From the NCBI GenBank assembly GCA_002269645.1, contig NIVC01000546.1, forward strand, positions 1 to 64,000: a stretch of DNA of 64,000 nt, written 5' to 3'. The position numbers and the translations under genes are program-made. Shown one piece after another: positions 41,480 through 64,000 of the stretch (within the stretch, counting starts at the first letter, position 1; each line of letters opens with the position of its first letter). The notes under the pieces are model-generated. The model saw only the letters and a program-made list of their open reading frames with translations, had not been told where the DNA came from and did no database searches. The DNA is from Macrostomum lignano (Eukaryota).

Positions 41480-41650
41480 ATGTCCGAATTCGACGCCCAG
41501 GTGCGCTCCTGGCTGCCCTTCATTGTCCTGACTGGGATCTGCGCCTACGCAGCCAGCCGTGGGTACAGGTGGTTCCGCCCGAAAGCAACTCCAAAGCCTA
41601 ATAAACAGTTCGAGGAGTTTCCTAATGAAAATCGAAGACGTGCTGATTGA
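41480..41650 (+). CDS. Putative 56-aa single-pass membrane microprotein
   Basis: MSEFDAQVRSWLPFIVLTGICAYAASRGYRWFRPKATPKPNKQFEEFPNENRRRAD. GC-rich island in an AT-rich context, with an acceptor-like TTTCAG at 41427-41432. No confident homolog. Confidence 0.4.
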   Translation: MSEFDAQVRSWLPFIVLTGICAYAASRGYRWFRPKATPKPNKQFEEFPNENRRRAD

Positions 41651-41992
41651 ACATTGATATTTGCAATTACAAATATTTTGTCCATTTTAGTCAGTTTTAT
41701 TTATCACCACAGGCATATTGTTGGTGTTATTCTGGTTTGGGACTGATGATTTTATCCTGATATTTTAAACAGTTCAAAGAGTATTATATTACTGTCAGTA
41801 GACATGGTTATGCATTGGATAACTGTCAAATCTTGTTGATTCCAGTATTTTTACATTTGTCTCTGTACAATAAATTCTATTTATTTAGCTGCCTAAGTTT
41901 AGCCCATTGTGCTTTTAACTCGTGAGCAATGGTCCTAAAATATTGCAGAGTTTGTTTTTAGCCTTGATATTTTTGTCGTAGATTTTTGGTTG

Positions 41993-44188
41993 CATGAAGT
42001 CTGCCATCTCAGCAGTGTCTTTGGGTAATGTGCAGCTTCAGGTGCATGACTTCTGCCATCTCAGCAGTGTCTTTGGGTAATGTGCAGCTTCAGGTGCATG
42101 AAGTCTGCCATCTCAGCAGTGTCTTTGGGTAATGTGCAGCTTCAGGTGCATGAAGTCCGCCATCTCAGCAGTGTCTTTGGGTAATGTGCAGCTTCAGGTG
42201 CATGAAGTCTGCCATCTCAGCAGTGTCTTTGGGTAATGTGCAGCTTCAGGTGCATGAAGTCTGCCATCTCGGCAGTGTCTGTGGGTAATGTGCAGCTTCA
42301 GGTGCATGAAGTCTGCCATCTCGGCAGTGTCTTTGGGTAATGTGCAGCTTCAGGTGCATGAAGTCTGCCATCTCAGCAGTGTCTTTGGGTAATGTGCAGC
42401 TTCAGGTGCATGAAGTCTGCCATCTCAGCAGTGTCTTTGGGTAATGTGCAGCTTCAGGTGCATGAAGTCTGCCATCTCAGCAGTGTCTTTGGGTAATGTG
42501 CAGCTTCAGGTGCATGAAGTCTGCCATCTCAGCAGTGTCTTTGGGTAATGTGCAGCTTCAGGTGCATGAAGTCTGCCATCTCAGCAGTGTCTTTGGGTAA
42601 TGTGTAGCTTCAGGTGCATGAAGTCTGCCATCTCGGCAGTGTCTGTGGGTAATGTGCAGCTTCAGGTGCATGAAGTCTGCCATCTCAGCAGTGTCTTTGG
42701 GTAATGTGCAGCTTCAGGTGCATGAAGTCTGCCATCTCGGCAGTGTCTTTGGGTAATGTGTAGCTTCAGGTGCATGAAGTCTGCCATCTCGGCAGTGTCT
42801 GTGGGTAATGTGCAGCTTCAGGTGCATGAAGTCTGCCATCTCAGCAGTGTCTTTGGGTAATGTGCAGCTTCAGGTGCATGAAGTCTGCCATCTCAGCAGT
42901 GTCTTTGGGTAATGTGCAGCTTCAGGTGCATGACTTCTGCCATCTCAGCAGTGTCTTTGGGTAATGTGTAGCTTCAGGTGCATGAAGTCTGCCATCTCGG
43001 CAGTGTCTGTGGGTAATGTGTAGCTTCAGGTGCATGAAGTCTGCCATCTCAGCAGTGTCTTTGGGTAATGTGCAGCTTCAGGTGCATGAAGTCTGCCATC
43101 TCAGCAGTGTCTTTGGGTAATGTGCAGCTTCAGGTGCATGAAGTCTGCCATCTCGGCAGTGTCTGTGGGTAATGTGCAGCTTCAGGTGCATGAAGTCTGC
43201 CATCTCGGCAGTGTCTTTGGGTAATGTGCAGCTTCAGGTGCATGAAGTCTGCCATCTCAGCAGTGTCTTTGGGTAATGTGCAGCTTCAGGTGCATGAAGT
43301 CTGCCATCTCAGCAGTGTCTTTGGGTAATGTGCAGCTTCAGGTGCATGAAGTCTGCCATCTCAGCAGTGTCTTTGGGTAATGTGCAGCTTCAGGTGCATG
43401 AAGTCTGCCATCTCAGCAGTGTCTTTGGGTAATGTGCAGCTTCAGGTGCATGAAGTCTGCCATCTCAGCAGTGTCTTTGGGTAATGTGTAGCTTCAGGTG
43501 CATGAAGTCTGCCATCTCGGCAGTGTCTGTGGGTAATGTGCAGCTTCAGGTGCATGAAGTCTGCCATCTCAGCAGTGTCTTTGGGTAATGTGCAGCTTCA
43601 GGTGCATGAAGTCTGCCATCTCGGCAGTGTCTTTGGGTAATGTGTAGCTTCAGGTGCATGAAGTCTGCCATCTCGGCAGTGTCTGTGGGTAATGTGCAGC
43701 TTCAGGTGCATGAAGTCTGCCATCTCAGCAGTGTCTTTGGGTAATGTGCAGCTTCAGGTGCATGAAGTCTGCCATCTCAGCAGTGTCTTTTGGTAATGTG
43801 CAGCTTCAGGTGCATGACTTCTGCCATCTCAGCAGTGTCTTTGGGTAATGTGTAGCTTCAGGTGCATGAAGTCTGCCATCTCGGCAGTGTCTGTGGGTAA
43901 TGTGTAGCTTCAGGTGCATGAAGTCTGCCATCTCAGCAGTGTCTTTGGGTAATGTGCAGCTTCAGGTGCATGAAGTCTGCCATCTCAGCAGTGTCTTTGG
44001 GTAATGTGCAGCTTCAGGTGCATGAAGTCTGCCATCTCGGCAGTGTCTTTGGGTAATGTGCAGCTTCAGGTGCATGAAGTCTGCCATCTCGGCAGTGTCT
44101 TTGGGTAATGTGCAGCTTCAGGTGCATGAAGTCTGCCATCTCGGCAGTGTCTTTGGGTAATGTGCAGCTTCAGGTGCATGAAGTCTGC
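41993..44188. repeat. 52-bp satellite, about 42 copies, with an 884-bp higher-order duplication
   Basis: Unit CATGAAGTCTGCCATCTC(A/G)GCAGTGTCTTTGGGTAATGTG(C/T)AGCTTCAGGTG. Variant positions recur at an offset of exactly 884. Confidence 0.97.
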
Positions 44189-44888
44189 TACATGTATCTC
44201 AGCAGTGTCTTTAATATTATCACCTTGAAATGACCTCGGTGCTAAATGAAAATAAGATTTAAAAATTTTTTAAATATAAAAACAAGTGCAAACTTGTATG
44301 TTTACTTTATGACTAAGCTTATCTAGATTTGCATTGTAGTATTATTGTTGCTACTTAATTAATGACCTTTAGTCACTAGGAAAAGCTTATAGACTTACGG
44401 CAGGCATACATTAATAGGGGTACCCTACAACTAAACTATAGCCAATGACGTGCAGTGGAATGCATTGAACAGTGATAGAGTGCTGTGTAAAAATAAATAG
44501 TATCTACGAGTTAAACTGCCTGCTAGTGGTCCTTTCAGGGCGTCCCTGTCAGCTAGTCGTACGAGCGTAGTTGCTCATCTTCTAGCCATCACGCAGCCTG
44601 TTGCAACCGGGCTGAATTTCCTGGGTTTGAATTAAAGGCAAGAAAGTAAAAAAGAAGAGAAACAAATTTGGTGAACAGTAAAAGCAATGAAGAAAAGTTT
44701 GCATGCATTACTTTTAGTAGTCTGGTTCGGGGATAACTTTTTGCAAGCCTAAGTCCTATGACAGTATAACAGCAACCGGCGGCTTTCTGAGCACAGCATT
44801 GTCACAGCACACCACATTGACAGCATCCCGGAAATACGTATGTAATGGCTATAATGATAATCATAATTGAATACACTTGCCCTAACGT

Positions 44889-45150
44889 CAGATGTGCAAC
44901 CGACAGCTCAGCCTAAAGGCATCTGAAGGCTGCGTACGGCTGTTCAGTCCAAGGACTGGAGGGGGGGTTTGCCACACACCCTCATTTACCCCAGCTAATG
45001 CTGGCACCCATTTTACAGCTGGGTGAACTGAAGCAATGCAGAGTTAAGCGTCTTGCTCAAGGACACATACTAATTGTTTTGAGTGGCTTGAGAATCAAAC
45101 CCCCGACCTTTCAGTTGTGAGTCCGACGCTCTGACCACTAGGCTACAGCC
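44889..45150 (-). mobile_element. tRNA-derived CORE-like SINE (family A, copy 2)
   Basis: Colinear with 6052-6349. The minus strand reads GGCTGTAGCCTAGTGGTCAGAG...TGTGTCCTTGAGCAAGACGCTTAACTCTGCATTGCTTCAGTTCACCCAGCTGTAAAATGGG. Confidence 0.85.
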
Positions 45151-47107
45151 TCTTACCAACATGCATAGGGGTTATAATTTATGATCTATCTGTTTTTTTT
45201 CTGAAATACCATTAAGAAGGCCTCGGTCAAGGCTCTAAAACAACAGTTTTATACATTCAAATGTGAATGTGCTCCAGGTGTAACACAGGTGCGTACGTGT
45301 AATAGAAACTAACAGATTCGTCTTACCTGCTCGTTAATACAATTAAGTATAGGTTTTTGTAATGCGACAGAACTCACCTGCCCTGCATCATCAGCCTTCG
45401 GTCAGCATTGCGTGAGACGTCTCTCGTCGTCCTGACTGTGATGACGGTCCGCACCTCTGCTGCTGGACAGCAGATTCTGCAGCTCAGCAACCGCCGCTGC
45501 CAGTCGACTGCTGGTTGTTGCTCCAGGCTGACCCAGATCTGCCATCCAGAACTTGTTGACCAGCACCTGTCAGGGCAACAATGTAGGAGAGTAGAAAGCA
45601 GTTACATTACTTTTTCAGTGATTTTTGTGTTGTACAAAAGTATTTGACCGAAGTAGCTGATGAGATCGAAAGATCTCGATGATGGGAAAGCATATCTGAA
45701 AAGTACAGCTACTCCAGTGTCTAAAACTACTCTGGAGTGGTTGTTCCATATACGGTAGGTAGTCCATGGTTTCGATTTCCAGCTTCGATTTTATAACCCG
45801 ATGAACCTCTTTTGGTTGTTTATTCGCCAAACGAAGCACGCATTGCCACTCGTATTTAAATTGAAAGCTACAAGATTAAAGCTATACAAGCAAATTTTCT
45901 CCATGTCGATGAAAAATTCAGGAACACGAACACGCGTTTCGCCTTGCCTGCTCAAGCTCAGCTGACTGCTTTGAGCGGCAGTCGGGCAAGCTGACGCTGG
46001 ATGCGATGCCGAGCTTGGCTGCGGGTCTGTCTGCTTTGAGACTCGACTCGAGCTGCAGACCCGCTGGCGTCTCGGGTTGCTGCGGATTCTGATCGATCGA
46101 CTCTGCAAGCAGTCGGGGGGGGGGGAGTTAAACGGTTGACTTCTTAGTTCAAGCTGATTCGCGGGGAGGCTTGTGGGCGCTGCCGTCATTCAAGACGATA
46201 GTCGGCCCACAGACAGCGAGGAGATCGACTGGTAGGTTACATACATTCCGCTGACCCCTGACTCACACAGGGTGTACAGCGGAAGGCAGTGCTACTCTGA
46301 GCCTTAGGGGATTTTACTCGTAGCCATTTACATTTTTTGTAGCCATTTTAGTATATAGGACTGGTGGTACTATTAGTTAGTAGTAATAGTAGTAGTATAA
46401 GTAGAAGTACATGTAGTAGTAGTAGTAGTAGTAGTTGTTGTTGTTGATGTAGTATACAGTAGACGCAAAGGCAAGACATCCCGTGCAACATTCTCGACTC
46501 TGATATTGACATCGCTGGCAAATGGATGGTTTTTCATCGCGCATAACGGTTGACGACGTTAGCCAAATGTCGGTATGATGTAAAGCACCCATTTGCCAGC
46601 GATGCCGATAGATCGCGGTATGGGGAAGCATGCAGACGAGTATAAGAAATCCTCTGTCCACTGTCCGCACTTTAGCTCGTAGCAATCAGGCGGGCGCAGG
46701 TGAATCACACGAGTTACTTACCAATCTTCAGAGAATCGTCTCCACCGGCAGCAGTGGCAGAATTATGCAACACACATTCAATGTAGCTGTCGACCTGCTG
46801 CTCACTGAGGGCAACAAAAAATTAATTAATTGGATAGCCGCGTTGGATTTTTATTGCTGAGCTGAGCTGAAATGCCGACCGGAAATGAACTCTATTTTGG
46901 ATTTTTAACAGAACGGATGAAGACTGGAGAAGAAAGGAGAACTCTGTAGAAAGAGCAGAACAGAAAATGAGCTTTTACAAACAGACGAACGCGGGAGTAT
47001 TAATGGTTCAGAGATGCATCGAATTTCAATTCCGATTCTTTGCAACATCGAAATTCAAATTGATTTTTCACCACCAATAGAACAAAAGTAAAATATGTAC
47101 AACTCAC

Positions 47108-58173
<11,066 letters not shown>

Positions 58174-58542
58174 GCGCGCCAACTTGATTGCTATGGAGAG
58201 AACTGCAGCCAACTGCTCAGAACTTGCATTTACCTTGTTGCATAATGGACTTGCTTGCAGTCATCAGTCACGAGCTATTTATACAAATGCTACTCTTTGA
58301 GCATCTCGGGCGGAAATGCTTCACCTGATCGGCTGTCTATGGTAGGGAGAACTCGATGTTTGAGTCGCACAAGAGCTCACATAATCAAGCATCCTGCATG
58401 AGAATATACTCAGCAACATTTAAAACCGCAACTCCAGACCCGGTGCGCCTTGTTGCAAAACCTTGCGGCAGTGCAGTGAGCTGAAGTCAGTAGCTTTGAC
58501 AGTGGTCTGAGAGTGTGTACCGCATTATACCGCAACATGAAA

Positions 58543-58785
58543 CTCCGACACTGCCCGACACTCTCTGACACTGCCCGACACTCTCTGACACTGCCTGACA
58601 CTCTCTGACACTGCCTGACACTCTCTGACACTGCCTGACACTCTCTGACACTGTCCGACACTCTCTGACACTGCCCGACACTCTCTGACACTGTTTGATA
58701 CTCTCTGACACTGCCAATCACTCACTAATATTCTCTGACACTGCCAATCACTCACTAACACTCTCTGACACTGCCAATCTCACTA
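58543..58785. repeat. 20-bp minisatellite (two 10-bp subunits), about 12 copies
   Basis: Unit CTCTCTGACACTGCC(C/T)GACA. Confidence 0.95.
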
Positions 58786-58789
58786 TGAC

Positions 58790-59195
58790 CTTCACAGGTC
58801 ACGGTTGCTTTGCCAGGCACTAGCTGTTTCCTCCGAGGCATCCGCCGGAGTGAACTCTGCCCCTTCTGCAACCTCGAGAACGAAGACGCCAAGCACTTTG
58901 TCTGCTACTGCCCGGCCTTCAACCGAGACCGGCTCAACCACCTCGGGCCCAACCCGTCCCTGGACGACGCCTGCCGGCCCGAGAACATCCCACGGCTCAT
59001 CCGGTTCCTCCGGGCTACCAAACGAGCCTCCGTCTTCCCCACAGAAGACAATGCTGCAGACAGGACCGGGAGACCTTCCTGACCGGCCCCGCGCCCTAGC
59101 CTATGCGGGTCTTTCAGAGATTAGCGGAGTGGGCGACGCTCGCCTCCCCGCTGCGTCTTCGGACCGCCCTGCAGCTGAGTCAAGTAAGTCAAGAC
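58790..59195 (+). mobile_element. 3' remnant of an R1/LOA/I-group non-LTR retrotransposon
   Basis: FTGHGCFARH (frameshift) LRGIRRSELCPFCNLENEDAKHFVCYCPAFNRDRLNHLG...LIRFLRATKR, then a stop, a GC-rich 3' UTR and an AAGT-type tail. Confidence 0.75.
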
Positions 59196-59770
59196 GCAAA
59201 AATGCTAACGAACGCTTGGATGAAGTTTGTGCCAGGATGGCCAACTAGAAATAGGAAATTGTGTTTCTACCAGCTAAGCTTCTGTGTTTTGCAGCACAAA
59301 GTAACATTTTTTTGGATGATGAGCTTTCATTAGCTATTAATCTAACTGAATTTTACTGCAGTCTCTTTAAAACGCATTGAATTCGCCTCCGAAAAGGTGC
59401 CAAGCATCGGGCAGGTCGCATCAAAGGGATTTGCGCGGAGCTAATTCTCTTTTAATTCCTGAAAAAGCAAGATCCGGGCAGTGAGATTTCGGCTGATGCC
59501 TGCTTGCCCCAGTCAGGCTGCCTTCCCGTCTGCCAGATTAAATGGGGCTGTGATTGATTCTTTTTGAAGCTGAAATTATTGAGTCAGGTGCTATAGGGTG
59601 GATTCAGACGTTGAAGGTAAAGTCTTAGGGGTTTGTCTCAAGAGGCCGTTAGTCTCTGAAGGATTAGTCTCTGGAGGATTAGTCTCTGAAAGGTTAGTCT
59701 CCGGAGGGTTAGTGTCCGGAGGGTTAGTTTGCGGGCAGGTTTTTGTGTGAATCAGCTGAAAACAACTGTC

Positions 59771-59952
<182 letters not shown>

Positions 59953-60368
59953 TGCAAAAGGCAGCTTCAAACTGCAAACCACACACACGGAAATATTGAA
60001 GAACGTTAGTTGTCGAATATTCAGAAACCGATATTTCGGCCTGGACTGGGCCTTCGTCAGGGTTTATTTATTCGGGTTTAAAAACAAATATATTGGCTGT
60101 GAAGTTATTTTAACATAATTTCAATATATATATGCGACTTTTGGGGGTGCACTGAGCAGTGTTGAGTAAAGATGTGTACGTATAATTAGTTAAAAACGTG
60201 AGTTGAAGCAAGCTGATTGGTTAAAGTCTTGCAGCTAAAGCCTTGCACAAAAATAAATATGCTAGGTGCTATAGAAAACCAGATTTAAAGCGTAGAAGTG
60301 TATGACTAAGCATCTTGAAAAGTTCAACAAATAAGTTAATTACGCCCGTAGAAAAAAACAAATATTAA

Positions 60369-60662
<294 letters not shown>

Positions 60663-61206
60663 GTGTCAGACGCGTTCCCACTCCGCTACTCAGCCCCTTC
60701 TGCTTTAGGTTGATAAGCGGCTATCTGTGCTTGTCTGTCAGATGTTTGGCTCGATGATCTTCAAAACCAGACAGCCAATCCGAGTTCTCTCAGCTCATCC
60801 CCGGCACCTCTAGATTTAAAGCCAGGTTGATAATCTCTCCCGAGTCCGCGGTGGATAACAAGACGGTTCTTGGCGCGAGACAGCACGGCCCCAGGTAATC
60901 AGTTTTATTACCCTGTTTATTTGTCAGCGGCTCCAATTATCTGAGTTATTCTCCAAGCCGGTCATAATTTGGGCTTCTCCCTTTTATCTGATCTCCAAGC
61001 AGATTGACTTCAAACGACAGAGTCAATAGAGCAATCGGGTCGAGCACTCAACTTCCTGGTATTAGCGCAGCATAGCTTGAAAAAATAAGATAAATAAAGA
61101 CGACGGAGAGTCTCAACACACCGACTCTGTCTCTTATACTCACATAAAACTTTACCCTACCTGTTCAGCAAAGCTGAAACAGCAGCCAGCCAACCCCGAC
61201 TCTGCA

Positions 61207-62776
61207 ATGGCCCCTAGCAACTCCTTTGTGTCCTGTAAGCACCCGGCAGCTCAGTTGCTTCTGCCGATGCTGCTGCTGCTGCTGCTTCCAGTCTGCCTGC
61301 GGCAGGGCGGGGTGGTGGCCGCCTTCCGAGTCGAGGCCGAGGCCGACTATCCCGACTCCGATCTGGCTGGCATCGACGATCTGCTGGTGAAAAAGCGTCT
61401 GGCAGCGGCCGACCACAGCAACTTGGACTTGCTCAAGTTCCGCCTGATCGAGGCGGGAAAGCTGCCGGCGGCCGCCACGGACGAGGATGTGGCGAGATAC
61501 GTGCAGCAGATTGTGCAGATGGTGAATAGGCCGAGGTAAATCTTTTTCCACGATTTTTATAGCGTTTACTGGTTCGTGTCCAACAGGTACATTCATTTCT
61601 TCACTTGGGTTGAGTACACTGACTAGTTGAGTACACTGACTAGTTGAGTACACTGACTAGTTGATTACACTGACTAGTTGAGTACACTGACTAGTTGAGT
61701 ACACTGACTAGTTGAGTACACTGACTAGTTGATTACACTGACTAGTTGAGTACACTGACTAGTTGAGTACACTGACTAGTTGAGTACACTGACTAGTTGA
61801 TTACACTGACTAGTTGAGTACACTGACTAGTTGAGTACACTGACTAGTTGATTACACTGACTAGTTGAGTACACTGACTAGTTGAGTACACTGACTAGTT
61901 GAGTACACTGACTAGTTGAGTACACTGACTAGTTGAGTACACTGACTAGTTGAGTACACTGACTAGTTGAGTACACTTACTAGTTGAGTACACTGATTGG
62001 TTGAGTACACTGACTAGTTGAGTACACTGACTAGTTGAGTACACTGATTGGTTGAGTACACTGACTAGTTGAGTACACTGACTAGTTGAGTACACTGATT
62101 GGTTGAGTACACTGACTAGTTGAGTACACTGACTAGTTGAGTACACTGACTAGTTGAGTACACTGACTAGTTGAGTACACTGATTGGTTGAGTACACTGA
62201 CTAGTTGAGTACACTGACTAGTTGAGTACACTGACTAGTTGAGTACACTGACTAGTTGAGTACACTGACTAGTTGAGTACACTGACTGGTTGAGTACACT
62301 GATTGGTTGAGTACACTGGCTATTTGAGTAGACTAGCTGGTTGAGTAGAGTGACTGGTTGAGTAGAGTGACTGGTTGAGTACACTGGCTGATTGAGTACA
62401 TTGGGTGGTTGAGTACACTGGCTGGTTGAGTACATTGGCTGGTTGAGTACATTGACTGGTTGAGTACATTGGCTGGTTGAGTACATTGGCTGGTTGAGTA
62501 CATTGACTGGTTGAGTACATTGGCTGGTTGAGTACATTGGCTGGTTGAGTAGACTGCAGTTTATTGAGCTCCATTGCGTAATATTTTATTTTTGGGTGCA
62601 GCATCCGTAAAGATAAATTACATTCAGGACATGCAAAAACTTTTAGGCATGGTAGAAGGAGCTTAGAGATCTGTGAGGATGACATTTGCAATGAGGTGCT
62701 ATCAATCAACCTTTATCGCTTCAGGTACGGCAGAAGCGTCGACAAGCAGACAGCCCGGCACTCCAAACGACTTTAA
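61207..62776 (+). CDS. npy: Neuropeptide Y/F precursor
   Basis: Exons 61207-61535 and 62725-62776. The phase-2 intron splits the last Arg codon (CCG AG|G TAC GGC AGA), giving ...VNRPRY-GR-SVDKQTARHSKRL*. Signal peptide (LLLPMLLLLLLPVCL), KKR cleavage site and GR amidation signal are present. Met 61267 is an alternative start. Confidence 0.92.
61611..62555. repeat. 17-bp minisatellite filling the NPY intron
   Basis: Unit TTGAGTACACTGACTAG, drifting to TTGAGTACATTGGCTGG. Confidence 0.97.
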
Positions 62777-63753
62777 AAAAGAATTCGCCAGGATGCGCCA
62801 GAATGACTCTATCAATTCAATGACTCGATAAAAATTAAAACAAAATTTTCAATCTGTCCAAGACCTGTGCTTCATATCCAGCTGAAACTGATAGCAATAA
62901 ATCTCTATTGCATCCAGGAAATTGATTATTTTACCCGCCCCAATCTCTAAAAAAATTTTCTGTCGATTTTCCCGCTTCCTGCTTCATCCCAGGTTACTCA
63001 GCGGCCTGTTGTCGAGACCGAGTTCGGAGTGAAACAAGCAACAGCTAAAATATAAATCTTCAAAACTTTATGAGATGGTAAAAGTTTTAACTACTTTGCA
63101 GGACTTTCTCTTATTTAGCAAAGTGGGTACACGAAAGGTGATCACCTTTCCTATCACAGATTACAGCTTCAGGCCCTGCTTACAGATGCAGACTCTGCTC
63201 CTGCGCAAATTAACTAGATTGATTGCGCCGACTCTGGTAGATACAAAACAAGGTGACGCATCGGCTTGCTTGCAATCCGTGTCTGGGGTCTGAAAGGAAC
63301 AGGCAAAGTCATTCCATAATTTTGTAATGTTCAGCCAGTGACTTGTCGAGCGTACAGAACTCATCTAGCATAATAGACAGGTGAACAGGGCGTTATACCC
63401 AAGTGGGATTGGAGGCGACTCAGTCCTGGAGGCTTCGCACGGCTTCGCGAGTCCATTAGGTTCGTCTCTGACTGAGTAAAAGATTGCCCACTAATTATAG
63501 ATCCTTAGCGACTATATTCTGATAGCAATATTCTTCCTCACATGTACAAACCGTGTCGTTGTATTAAGAAGCTGCCTCTGAAGACCAGATCTATACATAT
63601 AATGTTGCATTATAGTCCTAATCTAAGTAGTCCCTGATGTTACCTGAACTCACAGATTGTCATAGTCACACAGGTTGTCCCGCCACATGTCTTTCAAGCA
63701 CCCAGTTGTGTCCTAAAATTCATTTGCACCGGACCGTCGGATTTTGATTCTAA

Positions 63754-64000
63754 CTGAGTACACTGGCTGGCTGAGTACACTGGCCGGTTGAGTACACTGG
63801 CTGGCTGAGTACACTGGCCCGTTGAGTACACTGGCTGGCTGAGTACACTGGCCGGTTGAGTACACTGGCTGGCTGAGTACACTGGCCGGTTGAGTACACT
63901 GGCTGGCTGAGTACACTGGCCGGTTGAGTACACTGGCTGGCTGAGTACACTGGCCGGTTGAGTACACTGGCTGGCTGAGTACACTGGCCGGTTGAGTACA
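63754..64000. repeat. 17-bp family array arranged as an alternating 34-bp dimer; runs off the right edge
   Basis: CTGAGTACACTGGCTGG-type and TTGAGTACACTGGCCGG-type units alternate. Confidence 0.95.

Noticed and set aside
46480-46860. Plus-strand GKWMVF fragment resembling UPF0696/C11orf68
   Set aside because: The frame closes immediately and no further family motifs are present.

Overview
Eukaryotic (animal) genomic DNA with GT-AG introns, GC-rich exons and very many simple and minisatellite repeats. The overall style suggests a free-living flatworm such as Macrostomum; this is inference, not a database match. I hand-spliced seven genes. (1) A secreted multi-WSC-domain protein (minus strand, runs off the left edge), head-to-head with (2) a 17-exon, 1926-aa type I membrane receptor with 12 C-type lectin domains. 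(3) A ZDHHC3/7-type palmitoyltransferase (minus). (4) An MTPAP/TENT-type nucleotidyltransferase and (5) NAXD, tightly spaced on the plus strand and followed by a possible small single-TM ORF. (6) A >2400-aa centrosomin/CDK5RAP2-like CM1 protein with a 6.8-kb exon (minus). (7) An NPY/NPF neuropeptide precursor whose amidation site appears only after splicing (plus). Mobile DNA: a young 5'-truncated RTEX-like LINE, a 421-bp Merlin deletion derivative with TIRs and an 8-bp TSD, two tRNA-derived SINE families (one with a CORE-like domain), Penelope and R1/LOA-like fragments, and MITE-like elements. There is also a strongly CpG-depleted, TAGGCCTA-rich block. No rRNA, functional tRNA or CRISPR array was seen. 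All alignments and counts were done by eye.
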